Positions 1 through 8,508 of a DNA stretch of 30,025 nt are shown piece by piece. The DNA comes from Saprospiraceae bacterium. Its GTDB lineage: Bacteria > Bacteroidota > Bacteroidia > Chitinophagales > Saprospiraceae. Positions within the stretch are counted from its first letter, which is position 1. Each line of letters starts with the position of its first letter. The notes beneath the pieces were generated by a model. The model did no database searches. It was not told where the DNA came from and saw only the letters and a program-made list of their open reading frames with translations. A program made the translations under genes and the position numbers. The stretch covers positions 1 through 30,025 of the forward strand of contig JBGTCB010000415.1 in assembly GCA_041748995.1 (NCBI GenBank), in the 5' to 3' direction.

Positions 1-35
1 CTATCAAATTTTTACGGAATCTTGAAAGACCATTT

Positions 36-830
36 ATGAAAATATTCTATTCAGAAAGCAAACCCGAATATCAAACCTACACTTTTAACTATGGAATATA
101 TTGTATAAAAGAGAGCAATGAAGAATTGGCGCAAATTTACCAATCGGGATTTCTGCCTTATTCAGCCGACACCGGATTGACTACAGAAGTCTTTTATCTG
201 GCGAGGAGTCTTCGTGTCGATCTAAACCGATTCGAAAATACCAGTGAAAACCGGCGCGTCCACCGAAATATTGAACCTTTAAATATTCAGTTGGAATTTC
301 TTGAAAAAGAGATTGTACTCTCTGAAGATGCACACTTTTACCCCTTTTGTGAAAAATACATAGCGTCGCGTATAGGTGAAGCGATGACTCCCGAACGACT
401 CCGATACATATTAAGCCTGAGTATTGGCACCCATGTTTTTCGCTTTAAGCGGGAAGATATCGTATTGGGTTATGTTCTTGCTGCTGTGGATTCCGGTACC
501 ATCCATTACTGGTTTAGCTTTTTCGATCTGGATTTAATGAAGACCCATTCCATCGGTAAATGGATGATGTGGTCTGTAATTCGATGGGCAAAAGAAAATC
601 AGAAAAGGTATGTCTATCTGGGCACAGTTTATGGGGAAAAATCACTTTACAAGGTACGAGATCACAAGGGTCTGGAGTACTATGATGGAGTAAAATGGAA
701 TCAGGATATGGACCGGTTGAAATCATGGTGTAAAGCCGACCAGAATCGCGAGGCAACTGATCGGTTTAAACTTGCAGAAGATGGCGAAAAATATATCCGG
801 GACTTATTAAACTCGGGAATTTTGATGTAA
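36..830 (+). CDS. Arginyl-tRNA-protein transferase (ATE/Bpt)-like GNAT-fold protein
   Basis: 264-aa ORF. SLRVDLNRF..SENRRVHRN and the C-terminal SIGKWMM..VI.WAK....YVYLG......YK match the ATE_N/ATE_C pattern of bacterial aminoacyl-tRNA-protein transferases. Confidence 0.7.
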   Translation: MKIFYSESKPEYQTYTFNYGIYCIKESNEELAQIYQSGFLPYSADTGLTTEVFYLARSLRVDLNRFENTSENRRVHRNIEPLNIQLEFLEKEIVLSEDAHFYPFCEKYIASRIGEAMTPERLRYILSLSIGTHVFRFKREDIVLGYVLAAVDSGTIHYWFSFFDLDLMKTHSIGKWMMWSVIRWAKENQKRYVYLGTVYGEKSLYKVRDHKGLEYYDGVKWNQDMDRLKSWCKADQNREATDRFKLAEDGEKYIRDLLNSGILM

Positions 831-1306
831 GTCCTTGTTGGAAATATGGACCACGGTTTAGCAAGAAATCTTCATTGATCCTGCTGGTCAGATAGACCTT
901 GATTAGGTGAAAAATCAATAATCGTCCGGATATTTGCAATTAATTGGTCATTTTGATACAAAAAACTTCTAGACTGGCATTATAAATGCGGTACTGATTG
1001 TATATTTAGGCCCCTCGAAAAAACACTGAAAAGTTACCAATTGGGGAATCACATCTGCTATTCTACCAAGTTTCAAAGTCTGGATCATGCCAGAAGTTTA
1101 TGATCATCCGCTACCTGATCAGGGTGGTGCTAAAATCTCTTGGTAGAGTTATGAGTGGATAAGGATTATGTTCCTCATCTCACAAAGTAATTTGAAAAAC
1201 TATATGTAGGTCGCATGGTGTGATCCGGTTGTCATCCAGAAATCTGGTGCATCGATGGTGACTATAAAAGTCTGATAGTCAGATATTTGTTTATTGAAAT
1301 GTAACA

Positions 1307-2803
1307 ATGAAAAAAGAATTAGTAGTAGCACGTAAAGGTGGGACAGGAATTGGAAGCATTTTTCTGACTTTGGTACTTCTTGTTTTACCTCTGATCAAAA
1401 CCGATCTGGATTTTGGCCCTGTGATTGACTCCCTTGGTCGTTTTCATCCAATCATAGTTCATTTTCCCATCGTATTGGTTCTGTGCACGGTGGTTTTTGA
1501 ATGGCTTTTTGGGTCGTTCAAAGGACCAATTGGCATATCGATTATCAACATACTTTACCAGTGGTCATTGTACACTTCGGTGATAGCTGTCATTGCCGGA
1601 TATTTTTTGTATAAGTCGGGTGATTATGGAGGTGACCTCATTACCCTCCATTTCTGGTCAGGAGTCTTAGTAGCCGTATTGATGATCTGGAGTATGCACT
1701 TTCGCAAATTATATAAAAGAACGCATCGTTGGAGATGGAGACAGTTGTCGAGGGGTTTGTTACTCTCGGCCGGAATACTGGTCTTCTATGCTGGTCATCA
1801 GGGTGGATCACTCACCCACGGACCCGACTTTCTGACCGAGCCAATTCAAACCGCTATCCACCAAAGAAATCTGCAGGAAAATACCGTCCTGAAAGAGCCA
1901 TCCTCCCAACTGGTATATCAGGATTTAATAGTTCCAGCCTTCAACCGGGCTTGTATTAAATGCCATAATGCCCAAAATGCGAAGTCAGATTTAGACTTAT
2001 CGACTTTGGAAGCGATTCACGCTGGGGGAAAATCATTAAAGCCAATGATCGTCAGCGGTAAACCACTGGAAAGTGAATTATTCATTCGGGTGAACCTGCC
2101 ACCTAAACATGATGAGTTTATGCCCCCCGATGGCAAACCTCCGCTACATCCGGCCGAAGTACAACTCTTATACTATTGGATACGAGACGGAGCAACCGTC
2201 GAAGATACTTTAGGCAGTCTGATGCAGAATGATACTCTGCGACTGGTTATGGACAGCTATTTACCAGAACTGGCTGAGGATCAATTATCACACCGGGCAC
2301 AGCGATTAGAACGTTTGAAAACCGGTCCAAAACTTACCAGGATGGCTATGTCACTCGGATTGGAGGTCCGACCGGATGAAAATACTGATTCGGCGCTATA
2401 TACACTTTCGATGCAGTTTCCTCCAAAAATTATTACCGATGAGACCCTTGCACAGTTGATGCCCTACAAGGATTATTTCTCCAGGATATCTTTTGTAGGA
2501 GCTGATATTACAGATGAAGGTCTTTTTTATTTAGGCCAGATGAACAATCTGCAGAGTCTGATTCTTACAAAAAGCTGTATCAAAGGACACGGTCTCCTTT
2601 ATTTGAAGGATTTGACAAAACTGGAGATGATTAATCTTTCACATAGTGATCTGACTAACGAAAATCTACTCTACCTCTATCAATTTCCCGCAATAAGAAA
2701 AGCCTATGTCTTCAATACCGACGTCAGTCCGGAGGTAGTTCGTGTCCTTGATGCACATATGAAAAACACAAGTATATCCTTGGAAGAAGGTGATTATTAC
2801 TAG
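1307..2803 (+). CDS. Membrane protein: DUF2231-like TM domain + planctomycete-type cytochrome c + leucine-rich repeats
   Basis: GRFHPIIVHFPI and AGHQGGSLTHG in a multi-TM N-terminus; CIKCH heme motif with downstream MPP; C-terminal LRRs (ITDEGLFYLGQMNNLQSLIL, LKDLTKLEMINLSHSDL). Confidence 0.85.
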   Translation: MKKELVVARKGGTGIGSIFLTLVLLVLPLIKTDLDFGPVIDSLGRFHPIIVHFPIVLVLCTVVFEWLFGSFKGPIGISIINILYQWSLYTSVIAVIAGYFLYKSGDYGGDLITLHFWSGVLVAVLMIWSMHFRKLYKRTHRWRWRQLSRGLLLSAGILVFYAGHQGGSLTHGPDFLTEPIQTAIHQRNLQENTVLKEPSSQLVYQDLIVPAFNRACIKCHNAQNAKSDLDLSTLEAIHAGGKSLKPMIVSGKPLESELFIRVNLPPKHDEFMPPDGKPPLHPAEVQLLYYWIRDGATVEDTLGSLMQNDTLRLVMDSYLPELAEDQLSHRAQRLERLKTGPKLTRMAMSLGLEVRPDENTDSALYTLSMQFPPKIITDETLAQLMPYKDYFSRISFVGADITDEGLFYLGQMNNLQSLILTKSCIKGHGLLYLKDLTKLEMINLSHSDLTNENLLYLYQFPAIRKAYVFNTDVSPEVVRVLDAHMKNTSISLEEGDYY

Positions 2804-2989
2804 AAAACTCAATTGAACAAATGAACAATTATGGTATTCAAGCAATTAAATACATATATAATTCTACCAAATGAAGGTTCAAGTCGATTTATATTACAAA
2901 TTGCCCGTCAATCGACTCATTTTAATTTCGATTCTCCCTATGGTTACGAACAATATTCGTAAATTGGAATACGATTTAATTTCTCCATT

Positions 2990-4951
2990 ATGAAGTGGCT
3001 TACGATCATACTTACGATTATTTTTATATCGGAGCTTTCTGTAGTAAGAGCTGATACTCCGGAGGATAAGGAATTTCAGCGATCGGCTTTGAAGATGTTG
3101 CATAAGCATTGTGCTTCTTGTCACAATGAGGTAGATAAGAAAGCCGGAATTAATCTGGAAGATTTCTACTTTGCTGTGAGTGTTGTCAGAAGAGGCGAGC
3201 TTTTTAAAGAAGTAACTGATGTCGTGCGAAACGGCAGTATGCCACCTTCCGGTGCTCCACCGATGAGTCAGGCAGATAAAGATACCCTGATTGTAGGGAT
3301 CGAACGAATATTATCCAGAGCTCTGGCCCATGCTGACCCCGGCTTATCTGTCATGCGACGATTGAGTCACCGTGAATATCAGTATACCATCTATGATTTG
3401 TTAGGGGTTGAATTCGAAACGGTGCATTATTTTCCTTCAGAGGGTTCCGGAGGTGAAGGATTCGACAACCAATCAGGTACGCTTTTTATCAGTCCCTTGA
3501 TGATGGAACGATATTATAATGCCACTGACAGTATTTTACGCCAGATCAGGTCGGATAAAACCCTTTGGCAACGACTGGTGCCAACCAATTACAAGGTTGG
3601 GATATCGCGGAGATTTATCAATAATATACTTTCCTTTATAAACCCTCAACGAGAGTTTTTCTGGGAAGCACCTGAGCTCGAAGCAAAAAAAATCATTGTC
3701 CCTTTTGCTACCAAGGCATACCGGAGATTTATATCAAAAGGAGAGGAAGATCAATTGATAGATCTGTTTAATCAGGTTTACTTTGCTAGCTGGAAAGAGA
3801 AAGATGCATTTTCCAATGCCATTACAGCAGTGTTCAAGCGTGTTATGATGTCCCCTAATTTCTTATACAGAATAGAGGTCAACTTACACTCTGATACACC
3901 ATATCCGATTAATAATTTTGAGTTGGCAACCAGGTTATCCTATTTACTTTGGTCTTCGATGCCCGATGAAAGACTTCTCCAGGTTGCTTATCGTGAGGAT
4001 CTTCACAATCCATCGATATTAAAACGAGAGGTTCTTAGGATGATGGATGATGATAAATTCCGGCGATTTTCTTCTTCTTTTGCACCTCAATGGTTGGGTG
4101 TAGAAGAAATGCTTTATGCTCCTTTGACCGATCAGGTACTTTTTCCTGAATTGACACTTGGTTTGAGGAAGGCAATGCATGAAGAGGTTGTAGGTTATTT
4201 TCATGAGGTTTTTACGAAAAAAAGAAATCTTCTCCATCTGCTTGATAGCGACTACGCCTGGTTAAATGAAGATCTGGCTAATCACTATGGAATTGAGGAT
4301 GTCGAAGGACCTGAATTTCGTACGGTCAGTATTACTGATCGCAATCGGGGTGGAATACTTGGGATGGGTGCAGTATTGACGGCGACCTCCCTACCTGTTC
4401 GGACAAGTCCGGTGCTACGTGGTCAATGGGTGTTAGAACAGGTTCTCGGTGACCCGGCACCACCGCCACCAGCGGATGTTCCTGCTCTCGAAGAAGCCAA
4501 AACAAAGAATGGGAACCATTTGGATCTCCGCAGTCTCCTTGAATCGCACCGTGACGATCCCGCGTGTTTAGGATGCCACCAGAAAATGGACCCGATTGGT
4601 TTTGGCCTGGAAAATTTTGATGCAATTGGGAGATGGCGTGATAGCTATGACACCATTCCGATTAATACCGAGAGTGCCATGGCCGATGGAAGAACTTTTA
4701 AGGATCCCGAAGAATTGAAGGGTATCCTGATGGAGGATAAGGCTAAATTTGCTAAAAATTTTAGTCGTAAAATGTTGTCTTACGCTATCGGTCGCCGGGT
4801 GGAATTTATCGATAGCCCCTCTCTTGATCGCTTGACAAACGAATTAATAAATAATAATTTTGATAGTCAGACATTTATGTTAGAGTTGGTGAGTAGTTAT
4901 CCATTTCTGCATCGACGTAGTGATCTGGCAACCCGTTATAAAGGCATATAA
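2990..4951 (+). CDS. DUF1592/DUF1588 (PSD3-PSD5-PSD4-PSCyt3-PSD2) protein with N-terminal cytochrome c, two CxxCH motifs
   Basis: Signal peptide; CASCH..MPP; RRLSHREYQYTIYDLLG; ELATRLSYLLWSSMPD; RGGILG..TSPVLRGQWVL..PAPPPP; CLGCHQKMDPIGFGLENFDAIGRWR. Confidence 0.92.
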   Translation: MKWLTIILTIIFISELSVVRADTPEDKEFQRSALKMLHKHCASCHNEVDKKAGINLEDFYFAVSVVRRGELFKEVTDVVRNGSMPPSGAPPMSQADKDTLIVGIERILSRALAHADPGLSVMRRLSHREYQYTIYDLLGVEFETVHYFPSEGSGGEGFDNQSGTLFISPLMMERYYNATDSILRQIRSDKTLWQRLVPTNYKVGISRRFINNILSFINPQREFFWEAPELEAKKIIVPFATKAYRRFISKGEEDQLIDLFNQVYFASWKEKDAFSNAITAVFKRVMMSPNFLYRIEVNLHSDTPYPINNFELATRLSYLLWSSMPDERLLQVAYREDLHNPSILKREVLRMMDDDKFRRFSSSFAPQWLGVEEMLYAPLTDQVLFPELTLGLRKAMHEEVVGYFHEVFTKKRNLLHLLDSDYAWLNEDLANHYGIEDVEGPEFRTVSITDRNRGGILGMGAVLTATSLPVRTSPVLRGQWVLEQVLGDPAPPPPADVPALEEAKTKNGNHLDLRSLLESHRDDPACLGCHQKMDPIGFGLENFDAIGRWRDSYDTIPINTESAMADGRTFKDPEELKGILMEDKAKFAKNFSRKMLSYAIGRRVEFIDSPSLDRLTNELINNNFDSQTFMLELVSSYPFLHRRSDLATRYKGI

Positions 4952-4954
4952 AAT

Positions 4955-6340
4955 ATGACACACTTACCAATTTCGAGACGCAAACTTTTAAGAGGCATCG
5001 GAGCCAGTGTTGCTCTGCCTTTTTTGGAATCCTTGTATCCATCCAAACTTCTGGCAGCCCAATATTCACATAATACACCTCCACAGAGGTTTGCCTGCCT
5101 TTTCATGCCCAATGGAGTGCCTCCAACAAAATGGAATCCGGCTAAGACAGGTTCGGACTTTGAATTGTCTCCAATACTCAAACCACTGGACCCCCTCAAG
5201 AATGAGCTACTGATCCTGGGAGGTATGATGAATATGAATTCACATACCCGTCAGGATGGACATTATACAAAGGACGCCAATTTTCTTACCTCCATGCGAA
5301 TTGCCAAGACAGTCGATGCTAAAGTTGACAGTGGGGGTATCTCCCTGGATCAACTGATGGCACAACATATTGGAAAGGATACTATGTTCCCTTCCCTGCA
5401 ATACGGACTAGACCGCATCAGGAGTGGCGTAGATAATGCAGTTGGTTTTACCCGATTGTATGGGGGAACAATCTCCTGGCAAAGTCGGACGCAACCCTGC
5501 TCAAGGGAGATTGATCCCAGAATGGCCTTTGACCGTCTCTTTCGAAACTTTACACCCGGAAAGAAACCATTACCGGAAGATCCGATGAAGAAAACGGTCC
5601 TCGATCTGGTAAAAGATGATGTCAAAACCCTGGAACGCCAACTTGGCATCGAAGACCAAAATAAGCTCGGCGAGTATCTGGAAGCGGTCAATTCGGTTGA
5701 GAAACGTTTGAACGACCGGCAAAACCTGGCAGACTTTGCCAGTCAAATCACTCCGGATATCCGCAAAGAATTACAAAGAATGGATATGCGCATCGATGAA
5801 TGGGCCGAATATGCAGAAGGAGTAGACATAACCGAAAAAACCCGTTTGATGCTTGACATCATCGTATTGGCTTTTTGGAGTGATGCTTCGCGTGTCGCTA
5901 CGCTGATGTTCGGAAATTCAGTGAGTAATCGTAATTTTTCCTTCCTTGACGGTGTATTTGGAGCCCACCACTCAATATCGCATCACACCAACGATCCCCG
6001 TATGCTGGATCAATATGAAATAATCAGTCGTTGGCATATCGAGCAATATGGCTACTTGCTGCAGCGCCTGCAATCCATTAAAGAGGGAGACAAAACGCTC
6101 CTCGACAATAGTATGATTTTATTTGGTTCAGGGCTTCGTGATGGAAACCGTCACTCGCCGTTTGACCTTCCAATTGTTGTCGGAGGTAAAGGAGGTGGTA
6201 AGTTTAAAACCGGCCAAAACATACAATATCCGGATGAAACACCACTGGCCAATCTTTATCTAACCATGTTGCACTCTATGAATATTGAGGTACAACAGTT
6301 TGCAGATAGTCAGACAGTACTATGTGATATCTTGGTGTAG
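4955..6340 (+). CDS. DUF1552 (HXXSHH) family protein, Tat-exported
   Basis: SRRKLLRGIGASVALPFLESL Tat leader; MPNG; ISLDQ; DPRMAFDRLF; HHSISHH; GTLLDN-like KTLLDNS; 3 bp downstream of its usual DUF1592 partner. Confidence 0.93.
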   Translation: MTHLPISRRKLLRGIGASVALPFLESLYPSKLLAAQYSHNTPPQRFACLFMPNGVPPTKWNPAKTGSDFELSPILKPLDPLKNELLILGGMMNMNSHTRQDGHYTKDANFLTSMRIAKTVDAKVDSGGISLDQLMAQHIGKDTMFPSLQYGLDRIRSGVDNAVGFTRLYGGTISWQSRTQPCSREIDPRMAFDRLFRNFTPGKKPLPEDPMKKTVLDLVKDDVKTLERQLGIEDQNKLGEYLEAVNSVEKRLNDRQNLADFASQITPDIRKELQRMDMRIDEWAEYAEGVDITEKTRLMLDIIVLAFWSDASRVATLMFGNSVSNRNFSFLDGVFGAHHSISHHTNDPRMLDQYEIISRWHIEQYGYLLQRLQSIKEGDKTLLDNSMILFGSGLRDGNRHSPFDLPIVVGGKGGGKFKTGQNIQYPDETPLANLYLTMLHSMNIEVQQFADSQTVLCDILV

Positions 6341-6632
6341 ATGCTGATAGTGCACAGGGTGATTCTGTAGGAATATTCGGGCATGGAACATTGAGTTTCA
6401 TCGTTGATATGTTACATGTAGAATAATTAAGGACTCATCCAGTTACTGGCCATAAAAATTTCATCTATTGAAATCAGGTGCACCTCCAACTTCACCCTGG
6501 TGCTCTCCATAAATCAAAAGCACTATGCTCAACATTGCCGGATCATTTGAAATCACCATAGGTTCTTTTCCAGAGTTGTCCGGGTATCGCCAATAATTTC
6601 ATTAAAATACGATCCTAAATCAAAGCTGTACC

Positions 6633-6662
6633 AAAAAAAAGGCCGACTTTAATAAGTCGGCC
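6633..6662 (-). terminator. Intrinsic terminator on the minus strand
   Basis: Perfect 9-bp stem ggccgactt/aagtcggcc with a 4-nt loop, followed on the minus strand by T8 (A8 at 6633-6640). There is no U-tract on the plus side. Confidence 0.85.
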
Positions 6663-6765
6663 CCAGGTTAAATAGCTTTCTTTCAGAATGGCATCAGTCA
6701 ATGCCACAATAGAAGAATAGCAGGAAAGTGTAGCTTAAAAAATTATAGGTTTATTTTATTCACTA
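6633..6765 (-). ncRNA. Candidate small RNA (~130 nt)
   Basis: Orphan minus-strand terminator, ECF-like GAAC element at 6798-6795, internal hairpin (tggcat/atgcca) and no ORF. The 5' end is approximate. Confidence 0.5.
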
Positions 6766-6870
6766 CAGCATATACACAATGACTACAGCAAAAGGTTCGG
6801 AGGTCTGTGCAAAAATCTATGGAAAAATGGAATTGATCCCCTCTTCATGATAATTACAACTCTAAAAATC

Positions 6871-7035
6871 ATGACAATCTTAAAAATTTATAACCTGCTA
6901 TTAAATTTAGGCAGAAGAACGACGGGATTAACTTCTCTTTCTAAAAGCCCAAGTTCCATAGTTATACCCGACACAGAGGAATACCCCCTGGGGGCTGAGC
7001 TGCAACCCTATGTTGCGTTAGCTATTGGCCACTAA
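6871..7035 (+). CDS. Small hypothetical protein (54 aa; alternative start 6847)
   Basis: ATG preceded by an A-rich tract (tctaaaaatc) typical of Bacteroidota starts; no recognised domain. Confidence 0.4.
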   Translation: MTILKIYNLLLNLGRRTTGLTSLSKSPSSIVIPDTEEYPLGAELQPYVALAIGH

Positions 7036-7048
7036 ATGTAGGAATGCC

Positions 7049-7127
7049 CTAGTGTAATGTCCCATAAATAGCTTTACACCATAAGCAGGTCTTCTTCTGT
7101 AAACATACTTATGGGACATTACACTAG
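7049..7127. mobile_element. 79-bp MITE-like palindromic element with CTAG ends
   Basis: Perfect 19-bp inverted repeat CTAGTGTAATGTCCCATAA / TTATGGGACATTACACTAG, extending imperfectly to ~30 bp (TTTACA/TGTAAA); no coding capacity. Confidence 0.65.
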
Positions 7128-7630
7128 ATAATCGATTCATCAGGAAATACCAGGAGGCTGTTGTCCGGGCTGTGATCTTAAAAAGGTGATCGGACAACTA
7201 TCAGCGCAAGTTGGTTATTCAATATCCTCCAAAGCTGGCATTTCATTATCTTGTAGAAAGCGAACTATCAACGATGATGAATGTTTTTCAATCGTATTCT
7301 ACTGAATGTAGCTGCCTGGTCAATCCATCCATACATTGCCACCCCGAAACTTTGTCCGGAGAACCTGTACCCTTGCGACATTTGGACATCTTTTGTATCG
7401 GGCATTGCACCAGTCTTACTTGTCATTCCCTCAAGAGAGACAGAAAAGAATGCATTCAGAATGAGAATCCGGAAGGCCGGTTCAGTTTTTCAGTTGAAGA
7501 TTTACTCTCTTGTTTGCCAGACTCTAAGGTCAGAACAAATCTTTCGAGAAAAAAGGATGTCTTCTGCGTAAGTGGAATTTCCGAGAGTCCGAATGGAGGA
7601 TTCCCATGCCACACGGGCCGACAACCTTAG

Positions 7631-7638
7631 TATATTTG
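7631..7638 (+). promoter_or_regulatory. Bacteroidota housekeeping -7 element upstream of cdsA
   Basis: TATATTTG matches TAnnTTTG and ends 7 nt before the ATG. Confidence 0.6.
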
Positions 7639-7645
7639 CCATCTG

Positions 7646-8467
7646 ATGAAACTCACTTCGACAAAATTTGGACAACGGGTCATCACGGCCATTTTTTTTG
7701 GTGTAACCCTGCTTGTTCCCTTGTTTATAGGTAAAATTACCGGTCTGATCATTTTGGGAATTCTTTGTCTGTTAACCATCCTCGAATACCTACAATTGCA
7801 GGGACTGAAAGGCCAGGGGCTTTTGATAACAGCGTTTCCTGCAATTTTAATGTATGTGGCTTTGTCGATTATCACGATCCAGAAAGGGATAACCTATCCG
7901 GTGAAATATGCCACCTACCTTTCAATCGTATTTTGTTGCTTGTTACTCTTCCGGCTTTCAAAAAAAACGGATCCATTCAGTTTTAATTATCAGGTATTAC
8001 CAGCAACATTATATATCGCTATTCCCATTGCATTACTATTTGCTGTGGCTAACTGGACCGGCGCTTATAAACCTGACTGGCTGGTAGCTATTCTTCTATT
8101 TGTCTGGATCAATGATATTCTTGCATATGTCATTGGCAAGAGTTTCGGGGTACATCCCTTTTCCAAAGAAATTTCACCGAACAAAACCTGGGAGGGTACA
8201 CTGGCTGGATGGTTTGGGTGTATTTTAATTGCGGTCTTTATATGGGAAATCCTGGGAATCCTTCCTTTATACCAGTGGATTCTATTGGGAATTCTGGTGG
8301 GCATCACCAGTTCATTAGGTGATCTGATTGAATCCCTGTACAAACGCAAAAAAGGAATTAAGGATTCCGGCACTTTCCTACCTGGTCATGGTGGGTTTCT
8401 CGATCGCCTTGATTCCCTGTTATTTGCCGCGCCATTCATTGCTCTATTTTTCCTAATATGTCTTTAA
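7646..8467 (+). CDS. cdsA: Phosphatidate cytidylyltransferase
   Basis: Multi-TM protein with WINDILAY, ISPNKTWEG and GDLIESLYKR..GIKDSG.FLPGHGGFLDRLDS signature. Confidence 0.96.
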   Translation: MKLTSTKFGQRVITAIFFGVTLLVPLFIGKITGLIILGILCLLTILEYLQLQGLKGQGLLITAFPAILMYVALSIITIQKGITYPVKYATYLSIVFCCLLLFRLSKKTDPFSFNYQVLPATLYIAIPIALLFAVANWTGAYKPDWLVAILLFVWINDILAYVIGKSFGVHPFSKEISPNKTWEGTLAGWFGCILIAVFIWEILGILPLYQWILLGILVGITSSLGDLIESLYKRKKGIKDSGTFLPGHGGFLDRLDSLLFAAPFIALFFLICL

Positions 8468-8508
8468 CTATTTTCGTATCTTCATCGCAGTTTCACCCAT
8501 CTACCAGC

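Noticed and set aside
6347..6526. Long-range complementarity gcacagggtga/tcaccctggtgc and atagtgc/gcactat after DUF1552
   Set aside because: Short, bulged and more than 130 nt apart, with no supporting internal structure; plausible by chance.
6633..7035. Type I toxin-antitoxin pair (sRNA plus small ORF)
   Set aside because: The two are divergent and do not overlap, I see no complementarity, and the peptide lacks a TM helix.
7211..7630. Overlapping 139-aa (Cys-rich) and 96-aa ORFs
   Set aside because: No recognisable motif, TTG start for the longer ORF, and two competing frames; cannot be supported without homology evidence.
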